A stretch of DNA of 64,000 nt from Nitrospirota bacterium. GTDB lineage: Bacteria; Nitrospirota; Thermodesulfovibrionia; Thermodesulfovibrionales; Dissulfurispiraceae. Below, piece after piece: positions 49,405 through 56,948 of this stretch. The position numbers and the translations under genes are program-made. The notes below the pieces were generated by a model. It was not told the DNA's origin. It did not search any database and saw nothing but the letters and a program-made list of their open reading frames with translations. The stretch is from assembly GCA_040758355.1 (NCBI GenBank), contig JBFLWF010000006.1, positions 1-64,000 of the forward strand, written 5' to 3'. Every line of letters starts with the position of its first letter. Positions within the stretch are counted from its first letter, which is position 1.

Positions 49405-51318
49405 TCAGACATCTGGTAATATTCTTTTGCAGAGATCTTCTAATAGAACACATTTCTTGCCCTTCTCCCAGAGATGCTGAAGAGTAGCCACTATAACCAT
49501 TTCGTTTTTCTTTTTATTGGATATATCATTATAGCCGTAAAGCGCTACCATTTCAGCTTGTGCTTTATCCCAGACGTCATGCCCGATCTCATCTCGAACT
49601 GAATCCCTTATATTAGTACCCCACATTACCACATTTGTACCAAAATATCCGCCAGCCGACAACGGATCAACATCAGATGCTGAACATAAGTTGAGAATAC
49701 ATCTATTATCACGGCTATTGTCCTTCTTAACACAGTCCTTTGCATTCTTATCAGAATCACCATCAAAAATTACAAAATAGGGAATAGAGAGTTCCTTAGC
49801 TATAGCAAGTGGTCTGCTCATACTAGTCTTTCCACCGCATATAATGAAATGTCCGCCGCGCCGCTTAAACTCCATCATTCGCCCCAATAGTTCAATGTAT
49901 GTCGATATAAAAGCAACGTCCTCAATACCCTCTACTAATACTGCTAATCCGCTGAAATAAAGTTCGTTTAAAGAAGGTTGCATTATCTGTTGGATCATTG
50001 CCATGCAACTAGACGGCGGTGCGGGACTTTCACCTAAAGCAGCGGCAATGCAATTACTTAGCTTTTCTAATGTCAGATGAGATGCGGTGGAACAATCATC
50101 ATCGTCTTTCCATCGAACTAATCTTATATTTTCTACTCCTTTCCCAGATACAAAATATGGGCTGTGGGTAGTCACAACAACTTGAGCATTTTCCATGTCT
50201 TCAAGAAGTTTTGCCAAGTGCCGGGCCTGCGGAGGATGTTGATAGACTTCAGGCTCCTCAAACCCCAGAAGGAGCATAGGAACTTTTTCCTGTTTACTCT
50301 TTGCCAACATCTGTAATACTGAAACAATAAAAGCACGCTGTAACCCATGCCCCATTCTTCGTATATCACCAAGAAACTGCTTTTCGCCCACCTCTGCCTT
50401 AGCTAACGGCGGATCGACTTTAAATTTGCTTGGATCGAAATTCCAAGATAGTTTTACTCTGGCATCAGGATGAGTCCATTCCTGTAAAAGGCTTTGGAGC
50501 GAAGCCGAAACATCCTCTAATACATGATCTTGCTCACGAAGTATTGCTTCGTACTTTGTTCGTACTTCTTCCTTTAGGGGAATGAGATAGTCTGCAAAAT
50601 TGACACGCGACCTTATAGTTCGCTCAAGCAATTTGCCGAATGCTGTATTCTTAGATTCTTCTTGCTCGCTGGCTGCATCTTTTACAGCAGGAATGTACAC
50701 CCATTGCAGAAAGGGATCTAGTTTCCCTGATCCTTGGAATCCGAAAAATTGATCTTCGCTATCAATAAGTTCACACAATTCTGGGTGCTGGTCTTCATAA
50801 GCTCGGAGTGCTTCAAGCTTATCGTCCTTAGATTTCGGATTTGGAAGGTCTGGATACCTTTCGCGATATCCGTTATAAAGTTGCGTTAACAGGGCGGCAC
50901 TTTGACCTGCTTTATATGCCTCAAAAAATGGCCTAAATTCACCCATTCCCAGTCTTGCACCGAATTGCCTAACTTCTGCGGTTCTTTTTTCTTCATTCCA
51001 GACAGCTTTAGCAGTAAATATAAGTTTTTCGTTTCGTACATAGTGTTGCAAACTCTCTTTAGCTTCGGGTGTCAATTCGCCGAAAGTTGCCCTGATTTCT
51101 ATCGGGTCAGTGGTATTTCGATTGTGGAAATCCTCTTCTATTAATATCTGTACATCGGTTGTTACATCGGTCTTATTTCGGAATAAAACGTTTAAAGCCA
51201 TAAGGACTGTTGATTTGCCAGCGCCGTTTGGGCCTACAAGAGAGGTATACTTGCCAAAGTGGATGGTTGAGTCTTTAAATCCCCTATAGTTCTTAATCTC
51301 TAAAGTTTCAAGCTGCAT
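49405..51318 (-). CDS. OLD-family ATP-dependent nuclease (ABC ATPase + TOPRIM)
   Basis: IKNYRG, Walker A GPNGAGKST, GHGLQR, EEPEVYQHP, TTHSP, TOPRIM VEG.ED and DGD. Confidence 0.9.
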   Translation of the reverse strand: MQLETLEIKNYRGFKDSTIHFGKYTSLVGPNGAGKSTVLMALNVLFRNKTDVTTDVQILIEEDFHNRNTTDPIEIRATFGELTPEAKESLQHYVRNEKLIFTAKAVWNEEKRTAEVRQFGARLGMGEFRPFFEAYKAGQSAALLTQLYNGYRERYPDLPNPKSKDDKLEALRAYEDQHPELCELIDSEDQFFGFQGSGKLDPFLQWVYIPAVKDAASEQEESKNTAFGKLLERTIRSRVNFADYLIPLKEEVRTKYEAILREQDHVLEDVSASLQSLLQEWTHPDARVKLSWNFDPSKFKVDPPLAKAEVGEKQFLGDIRRMGHGLQRAFIVSVLQMLAKSKQEKVPMLLLGFEEPEVYQHPPQARHLAKLLEDMENAQVVVTTHSPYFVSGKGVENIRLVRWKDDDDCSTASHLTLEKLSNCIAAALGESPAPPSSCMAMIQQIMQPSLNELYFSGLAVLVEGIEDVAFISTYIELLGRMMEFKRRGGHFIICGGKTSMSRPLAIAKELSIPYFVIFDGDSDKNAKDCVKKDNSRDNRCILNLCSASDVDPLSAGGYFGTNVVMWGTNIRDSVRDEIGHDVWDKAQAEMVALYGYNDISNKKKNEMVIVATLQHLWEKGKKCVLLEDLCKRILPDV

Positions 51319-51488
51319 TCTTCCTCCTAATACGAGCTTTACTTAATAAGATATAGAGGCAACTTGTATATTATCCATGGGGCGCAGGCTTATTTTTCGA
51401 TCACTTTTTTCTGTCAGCAATCCATTTTTTGACAGTCCTGTCTTATTTCTGCCGCATTATAAATGAGAAAATGGAATTTTTTCAATAT

Positions 51489-51519
51489 AAAAACAGGACA
51501 TTTCTATTTTGGCTTGACA
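51489..51519 (-). mobile_element. Isolated IS terminal inverted repeat (IS481/IS1202-like)
   Basis: Reverse complement TGTCAAGCCAAAATAGAAATGTCCTGTTTTT: TGT terminus plus AAATGTCC motif. No transposase and no second end seen. Confidence 0.5.
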
Positions 51520-51696
51520 TCACAAAAACAAGGCGGAGATTTATCTTTAGGCGAGGCATATTCTTTTGATAGACGCCTTCAAGTGCTACATCCAGATAAC
51601 AAGCACATCCGCCCCAAAATCTGTCAGCAGTTGCAGATTCTGAGGGATAAAGGCATTCTGGAATTCAAAGGACAAGGGAAATATCAATTCAAATAA
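51520..51696 (+). pseudogene. DpnI-type (Dam-replacing) C-terminal winged-helix domain remnant
   Basis: L.EAYSF...L..LHPDNKHIRPKICQQLQILRDKGILEF.G.GKY; truncated at the IS end. Confidence 0.8.
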
Positions 51697-51811
51697 CTTA
51701 GCCCTCGCCCCGCCCCAAAATCCGCTCTATGAGTCGTTGACTCCACTCTATGAGCCGTTGGCTCAACGAGCCATAGGCGAGTCAGAGACCGGCAGCTTTA
51801 AATATAATTTT

Positions 51812-51834
51812 TTGTTATAATTGTGTTATAACAC
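51812..51834 (+). promoter_or_regulatory. Extended -10 (TGTTATAAT) plus perfect palindrome GTGTTATAACAC, likely TA autoregulatory operator
   Basis: Directly upstream of the GGAGG RBS of the AbrB-like antitoxin. Confidence 0.5.
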
Positions 51835-51849
51835 TGCACGGAGGTTTCG

Positions 51850-52098
51850 ATGCACAGGAAATTATGTTCCATAGGCAACAGTCAGGGAATATCAATTCCG
51901 CTGGATATGCTCGAAAGACTCAATCTGTCTGTAGGCTCTGAAGTGGATGTCAAGCTTGACGAAGCTGAATCAAGAATTATCATAGAGCCGGTAATGAAAA
52001 AAAAATATCCCAGGGGCATTGACAGGGAATTTGTCTCTCAGGTTAATGATTTTATCGGAAAGTACAAACCTGCGCTAAAAGAACTCGCAAAGAAGTGA
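51850..52098 (+). CDS. AbrB/MazE-family antitoxin
   Basis: RKL.SIGNSQGISIP...L.LSVGSEV; C-terminal KYKPALKELAK. Confidence 0.87.
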   Translation: MHRKLCSIGNSQGISIPLDMLERLNLSVGSEVDVKLDEAESRIIIEPVMKKKYPRGIDREFVSQVNDFIGKYKPALKELAKK

Positions 52099-52484
52099 AA
52101 TATCTTTTAGTAGAGCAGGTTCTTTTTATTCACAGCAGGCTTATAGATGAGACAGGCGGCTCGCACGGAGTCAGGGATTTGGGGCTTCTTCAGGCTGCGG
52201 TATCGAGGCCGAAGGCGACTTTCGGGGGCAAAGACCTCTATCTTGATATTTTTCACAAGGCAGCGTCCCTCATGGAATCGCTTATAAAAAACCATCCTTT
52301 TATTGACGGCAACAAAAGAACCGCAATAACATCTGTCGGTATTTTTTTGCAAAGAAACGGCTGGTTATTGGAAACTTCACAAAAGGAGCTTGAGAGATTT
52401 GTGATTTCCGTGGCTGCAGGCAATGCCTCTTTTGATGATATTGTTAAGTGGTTTAAGCAGTATTCCTCAAAAGCAAAAATATAG
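52095..52484 (+). CDS. doc: Death-on-curing (Doc/Fic) family toxin
   Basis: GVRD.GLL.AA..RP, HPFIDGNKRTA; GTGA overlap. Confidence 0.9.
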   Translation: MKYLLVEQVLFIHSRLIDETGGSHGVRDLGLLQAAVSRPKATFGGKDLYLDIFHKAASLMESLIKNHPFIDGNKRTAITSVGIFLQRNGWLLETSQKELERFVISVAAGNASFDDIVKWFKQYSSKAKI

Positions 52485-52625
52485 ACACATCCGCCCCCCA
52501 AAATCCGCTCGAAGCGAGTCTCGCGAAGAGTCGCACCGACCAGCAGCTTCAAATCCTCCGAGACAAAGGCATACTGTCCACGACTCGCAGAGGAGTTTAA
52601 ATGGGAAGGGGAGGTACGGGATTTT

Positions 52626-52919
52626 TTAAGGATGGGGTGTAATGGCTATAATAGTTATCTCTTTGTTTCCGGGACCATAATGCCAAAATATTCTATACGC
52701 GGCAGGGGTGGACTGCTCTGCATATGCCTCAAATACTTTTTCTCCTTTTGGACCTTTTAACGAAGTAAATTCATGGGTTTGCAGTCCGGGATGTCTTGGG
52801 TTTTGAGATAAAAATTGAATTGTCTTTTTTACTGCGTTATATCGTTTGGCAAGACCTTTGTCTGTCTTGAGCCGGTTTAACTGTTCTTTAGCCTCATCGG
52901 TCAGGAGTATATCGAACAA
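52626..52919 (-). CDS. RelE/ParE-like toxin (TTG start)
   Basis: NPRHPGLQTHE...FEAY......AYRIFWHYGP...ITIIAITPHP. Confidence 0.7.
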   Translation of the reverse strand: MFDILLTDEAKEQLNRLKTDKGLAKRYNAVKKTIQFLSQNPRHPGLQTHEFTSLKGPKGEKVFEAYAEQSTPAAYRIFWHYGPGNKEITIIAITPHP

Positions 52920-52928
52920 GAGAGATTC

Positions 52929-53177
52929 CTATAATTCATTGAGATTGAGTTTTGAAATCCTGCCTTCAGATGCGTCTTTCAGCCCTTTGTGAACGCTTTT
53001 AAGAGCTTCTTTATTTTTATAAAGCCATCTTTCGGGAAGCGGAATAGTTTCCAAAAGGGTTTCTAACCTGTCAAGCTCGTCCATAGCAATAACAGCAGCC
53101 ACTTTGTGCCCTCTTTTATCTGTTAAATACTGCTTAATTTTAATAAGTTCGCTTTCGCTCTTTAAGGTTGCCGGCAT
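52929..53177 (-). CDS. Putative cognate antitoxin
   Basis: E.WLYKNKEAL.SV.KGL.DA..GR C-terminus; 9 nt upstream of the toxin; AGGAGG RBS. Confidence 0.65.
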   Translation of the reverse strand: MPATLKSESELIKIKQYLTDKRGHKVAAVIAMDELDRLETLLETIPLPERWLYKNKEALKSVHKGLKDASEGRISKLNLNEL

Positions 53178-53286
53178 ATATCCTCCTTTGAAGCCTGTTG
53201 CTAAAATAAATTATAACATAATAACAAACACATCCACCCCCAAAATCCGCCGGCAGCGGTTTTTAATATGCCAATGGTCGTGAGAA

Positions 53287-53478
53287 CTACACCTGTGCGG
53301 TTTTTAATTCTCCTGAATGGGGACGTTTTCTGTTCGGACAGTATATCACGGGGCAGGACTCGCAGCTTTCAGCAGAGTCTATCTCAAAGCCGAAGGGGAT
53401 CAATTCTCCGCAGTCGCATTGCCAGCCTTCTGGGGTATGTTTTGATAATGCATTATCACAAAAAGGACATTTAAGCAT
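53287..53478 (-). CDS. Small Cys-rich hypothetical protein (possible zinc ribbon)
   Basis: CPFC, CDCG, CESC...YC in 63 aa. Confidence 0.55.
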   Translation of the reverse strand: MLKCPFCDNALSKHTPEGWQCDCGELIPFGFEIDSAESCESCPVIYCPNRKRPHSGELKTAQV

Positions 53479-53554
53479 ATGTCTAATTTAAGTATAGAAC
53501 CGGGGAAAATATTTTTTTATGACGTGTATCATATGGATGCACACCCCTGTGTAT

Positions 53555-54370
53555 TTATCCCTTCCTTGAATCCTCAAGGTTACGAACAATCTCTGCGCCT
53601 ATGAGGAATATGCAGGATGAATAGAAGACCCACAGGAGGAATATCACAAAGGCCGAGAGGGGTCCGTATATGGTTCCTAATTTCGCAACCTTTACTACAT
53701 AGAGGGTGAAGGTGTGCTTTGCTGCTTCAAGAAGGATTGCTGTAAATAACGCCCCTGATAATGCGCAGCTGAGTCTTATCCTTTTTTTCGGGAGGAAGAT
53801 GTAGAGCGTGGCTGCGGTCAGGAATACCAGTATCAATGGCACGACAAATTTTATTACAAAGCCTGTTATCTTCCCAATCTTTACATCCGGGAAAAATTCC
53901 TGAAGTGTCTTAAGCATCGAGATTGCAGCTGTTGCGCCAAAGGAGGCAAGGATAAAGGCAATTATCAGGGTGATGATGAATAGAGAGAGGACAATGGAGA
54001 TTATAAAATGTCTCTTAGCCTTTGTCTTGAATATCACATTTGTTGCTGTTTCAAGTGATGAAAAAAGCTGGTAGGACAATACGGCATAGAGGATTACTGT
54101 AAACTGCCCTATTCCTTTGTAGGATATTATCTTTTTCAGTTCGTTGGTTATCTCGTGTGTGATCTTTGGAAAGAAACCCACGAGTTTTGCTGAAAAGAAT
54201 CTGAGCAGTTCTTCATTGCCGCCGAGGAAATGTCCGAATATTGTCACGAGGAGGAGGCAGAAGGGGACGATTGCCATCATGGTGAAGTATGATATTGAGC
54301 CTGCAAGCATGAGCCCGCCGTCCCTGAAGAAGTCCACGAAGCTTCTGAGTATTGCCTTTACATATCGCAT
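53555..54370 (-). CDS. YihY/virulence factor BrkB family membrane protein
   Basis: LAGSISYF, multiple TM helices, YGPLSAFVIFLLWVFYS...LIGAE. Confidence 0.9.
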   Translation of the reverse strand: MRYVKAILRSFVDFFRDGGLMLAGSISYFTMMAIVPFCLLLVTIFGHFLGGNEELLRFFSAKLVGFFPKITHEITNELKKIISYKGIGQFTVILYAVLSYQLFSSLETATNVIFKTKAKRHFIISIVLSLFIITLIIAFILASFGATAAISMLKTLQEFFPDVKIGKITGFVIKFVVPLILVFLTAATLYIFLPKKRIRLSCALSGALFTAILLEAAKHTFTLYVVKVAKLGTIYGPLSAFVIFLLWVFYSSCIFLIGAEIVRNLEDSRKG

Positions 54371-54430
54371 TTATGCTCAATTATAACAGAATCGATTGCT
54401 GGCAGTGCGTAAGCATGGTATTATTTTAGT

Positions 54431-54943
54431 ATGAAAAGGATTTTATATATATCGGCTGTTTTATGCATTGTCTTATTCTCTTGCGCCACAGGCAATTATC
54501 TGAAGACAGAAGGTGCAAAGGATGCGGATATCAAAGGTTCTTTCACCCTCATACTTTACGGCAGCAGGCATTTAAATGATATTGAGACCATAGCAATTCT
54601 TGACATTGAAGGAGACAGCTACAGCTTTGAGCCGTATGCACCTGAATTTGACTATAAGATAAAAAAGGGTATTCCTGCTAAAGAGGCACTGGAGGAAGCA
54701 GAGAGGTTTGTAAGCTGGCACAGCTCATTCCATTACTCACAATTAAGCAGGATTCTTGATGATAAAGGCAATGTCATCGGGTATGAGATTAGACCGCTTT
54801 ACCGGCCTCTTGCCTTTGGTGCTTCGGATGTCCTCGATGTCGATTACAGGATTAAAGACAGCAGGGTAATCGTGAGAATAAGGCTCAAGCCGCAGATCGA
54901 AAGGATGCTCTTTGACGGAGACAAATCAAAAGAGGATAATTAG
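54431..54943 (+). CDS. Hypothetical lipoprotein
   Basis: Signal peptide with LFSC lipobox. Confidence 0.65.
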   Translation: MKRILYISAVLCIVLFSCATGNYLKTEGAKDADIKGSFTLILYGSRHLNDIETIAILDIEGDSYSFEPYAPEFDYKIKKGIPAKEALEEAERFVSWHSSFHYSQLSRILDDKGNVIGYEIRPLYRPLAFGASDVLDVDYRIKDSRVIVRIRLKPQIERMLFDGDKSKEDN

Positions 54944-55004
54944 TTATATCCAAAACATAGCTATTCACTCCAGAGACCTATCCGTATCGCTGGATTTATT
55001 ATAC

Positions 55005-55121
55005 TGTCTGAAAAAAGTATACATCTCTTTGCCATATGCGTTTAATGGCTTATTTTCAAGGTTTTCAGGCGATTTTTCGATTAAAAGATGGCATCCTGCG
55101 GTGTATTAAAAAAATATACAC
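55005..55121. promoter_or_regulatory. Two putative enhancer (bEBP) sites TGT-N13-ACA
   Basis: TGTCTGAAAAAAGTATACA (55005-55023) and TGTATTAAAAAAATATACA (55102-55120), upstream of a sigma54 promoter. Confidence 0.5.
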
Positions 55122-55171
55122 TTTTTTGTGTCAGTGAGTGTAAAATAGTGGTTAATGCCGATTTTTATTTC

Positions 55172-55187
55172 TGGCATCGATATTGCA
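55172..55187 (+). promoter_or_regulatory. Sigma54 -24/-12 promoter
   Basis: TGGCATCGATATTGCA matches TGGCAC-N5-TTGC, about 35 nt before the ATG at 55222. Confidence 0.8.
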
Positions 55188-55221
55188 CAGTATCTAATTA
55201 CAATTTTAGGAAGGGGGCGTT

Positions 55222-55986
55222 ATGGAGAAACAGCGGATATTGGTCGTTGACGATGACCCTGTGATATGCCTGAGCTGTAAAAGGATACTGGGTGCAGAGG
55301 GTTTTTCGGTATTTACTGTAGAGGATGGGGAAAGCGCAATCGAGAAGGTCTCGAAGGAAGAGTTCGATCTGGTTATAACAGACATCAGGCTTCCTGATGT
55401 GTACGGGCTTACGGTTGTGCAGGAAACAAAGACCGTACAGCCGAAGGCGGATGTCGTTGTTGTTACAGGCTATCCCTCCCTCGAGGATGCAAAGGAGTCC
55501 ATAAGGCTTGGCGCATTTGAATACCTCGAAAAGCCTTTTACGCCTGACTTTATGATGAATGTCGCAAGGAAGGTCTTTGACAAAAGGGGCTGGATACTGA
55601 GAAAGGCATACATCGACCAGTTCAGGAATTATGTTGTACCTGCATCAGAGATGGACAACCTAACAATTTATTATAAGGACGGCACATGGGCACGGCCTAC
55701 GAAGGATGGAGGATGGGAAATAGGGGTTGATGTAAGGCACTTCCTTGTGAGCGGTCAACTGCTTTATGTGGACATGCTGATGGATATTAAGGCAGTTGCT
55801 GCAGGAGAGCCCTTTGCAAGGCTGCTTTCAGGCGAAGGGAATATCTATGACATAAAGGCCCCGATGACGGGAGTGGTGCAGGCTACCAACGGCCATGCCA
55901 ATGACGCCATATGTTCTCTTTTAAAGGACCATCTGTGCGAAGGATGGTTTTTATGGCTTATTAAGATTAATCCAATAACTGCATAA
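55222..55986 (+). CDS. Response-regulator receiver fused to a GcvH-like (lipoyl-fold) domain
   Basis: REC (DDD, DIRLP, TGY, KPF), then YY...TWAR....IGV...GEPF...APMTG.V...N...GW. Confidence 0.82.
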   Translation: MEKQRILVVDDDPVICLSCKRILGAEGFSVFTVEDGESAIEKVSKEEFDLVITDIRLPDVYGLTVVQETKTVQPKADVVVVTGYPSLEDAKESIRLGAFEYLEKPFTPDFMMNVARKVFDKRGWILRKAYIDQFRNYVVPASEMDNLTIYYKDGTWARPTKDGGWEIGVDVRHFLVSGQLLYVDMLMDIKAVAAGEPFARLLSGEGNIYDIKAPMTGVVQATNGHANDAICSLLKDHLCEGWFLWLIKINPITA

Positions 55987-55998
55987 GGAGGATAAGGG

Positions 55999-56859
55999 AT
56001 GAAGGGGAATATCCTTGTGGTTGATGACGAACAGATTGTCCTGAGGAGCTGCGAGAGGATACTATCGCCTGAGGGATACGGAGTTGACACAGCAACATCT
56101 GCAAAAGACGCCCTGTCTCTGCTCGATAGGAATCTATACGACCTCATAATTACTGATATCAAGATGCCTGAGATGGACGGCATAGAGTTTATGAGACAGG
56201 CGAGGGCAAAGAACCCTGATATAAACATAGTGGTGATAACAGGCTACCCGTCGCAGGAAAGCATCAGGGAGGCATTGAGCTTGAGGATAATAGATTATCT
56301 GCCGAAGCCTTTCTCTCCCACCCATCTCATTGAGGTAACGAACAATGCTGTTGAACTAAAGAAAAAAGGCGTTGCACCCGAGCCTCAGGTCGAGGTTTAT
56401 ACCGAAGATGTGGCTGCAAAATTAGATGAAATCATAAATAAATATAAACACAAGCCGGGAAGCCTTATCCCCGTTCTTCAGGAGTCACAGGAGCTTGTGG
56501 GGTATCTGCCGCCTGTTGTACAGAGGCATATATCAAAGGGATTGAGAATACCTGTAAGCGAGGTGCATGGAGTCGTATCCTTCTATTCATTCTTTACAAT
56601 GAAGCCCAAAGGCAAGCACAACATCAGGGTATGCCTCGGAACCGCATGCTATGTCAAGGGCGCTGAAGAGATAGTCAAGAAGTTCAGCGATGGACTTAAG
56701 GTTGATGTGGGCGGAATAACAACAGACAAGAAGTTCTCGCTCGAGACAGTGAGATGTCTCGGTGCATGCGGGCTTGCGCCTGTCGTTGTTGTGGATAAGG
56801 ACACCCATGGCTCTGTCAACCCTGTAAAGACGCTGGATCTCTTGAAGGAATATGAATGA
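55999..56859 (+). CDS. Receiver domain fused to a NuoE/HydC-like [2Fe-2S] subunit
   Basis: REC, then LIPVLQ..Q..VGYL, VSFYSFF, VCLGTACYVKG, CLGACGLAP. Confidence 0.92.
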   Translation: MKGNILVVDDEQIVLRSCERILSPEGYGVDTATSAKDALSLLDRNLYDLIITDIKMPEMDGIEFMRQARAKNPDINIVVITGYPSQESIREALSLRIIDYLPKPFSPTHLIEVTNNAVELKKKGVAPEPQVEVYTEDVAAKLDEIINKYKHKPGSLIPVLQESQELVGYLPPVVQRHISKGLRIPVSEVHGVVSFYSFFTMKPKGKHNIRVCLGTACYVKGAEEIVKKFSDGLKVDVGGITTDKKFSLETVRCLGACGLAPVVVVDKDTHGSVNPVKTLDLLKEYE

Positions 56860-56924
56860 TAAGTAAGTGAGTAAATAAGTGAATGAAACTTAATAACTCA
56901 ATTTCTTAATTTCTTAATAACTTA
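56854..56924. repeat. Inverted octamer repeat block (TAAGTGAA-like / TTTCTTAA-like)
   Basis: gaatgataagtaagtgagtaaataagtgaatgaac...tcaatttcttaatttcttaataactta. Confidence 0.6.
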
Positions 56925-56948
56925 TTGTTTAAAAAAACGGAGGAATAT

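Larger units (their letters stand above)
51596..53257 (+). repeat. Four dispersed copies of the DpnI-wH segment (51596-51660, 51710-51803, 52485-52625, 53221-53257)
   Basis: Shared CCCCAAAATC[C/T]G...C[A/G]GCAG core; copy 3 continues QQLQILRDKGIL...EFK.GKGRY. Confidence 0.85.

Noticed and set aside
49405..51318. Gabija system
   Set aside because: No UvrD-like GajB gene next to the OLD nuclease.
51463..51519. ATG at 51463 as the real start of a 77-aa DpnI-wH protein
   Set aside because: The first codons come from the IS-end sequence and no RBS is evident, so it is treated as a remnant, although expression cannot be excluded.
53205..53240. XerCD dif-like site (TTATAACATAA)
   Set aside because: It resembles only a XerD arm, with no XerC arm at 6-bp spacing. 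It is better explained as an extended -10 promoter of the antitoxin gene.
43317..53257. CRISPR array or classical integron as an explanation of the island repeats
   Set aside because: The repeats are hundreds of bp apart, unequal in length and protein-coding in origin. No cas or intI genes and no RYYYAAC...GTTRRRY attC boxes were seen.
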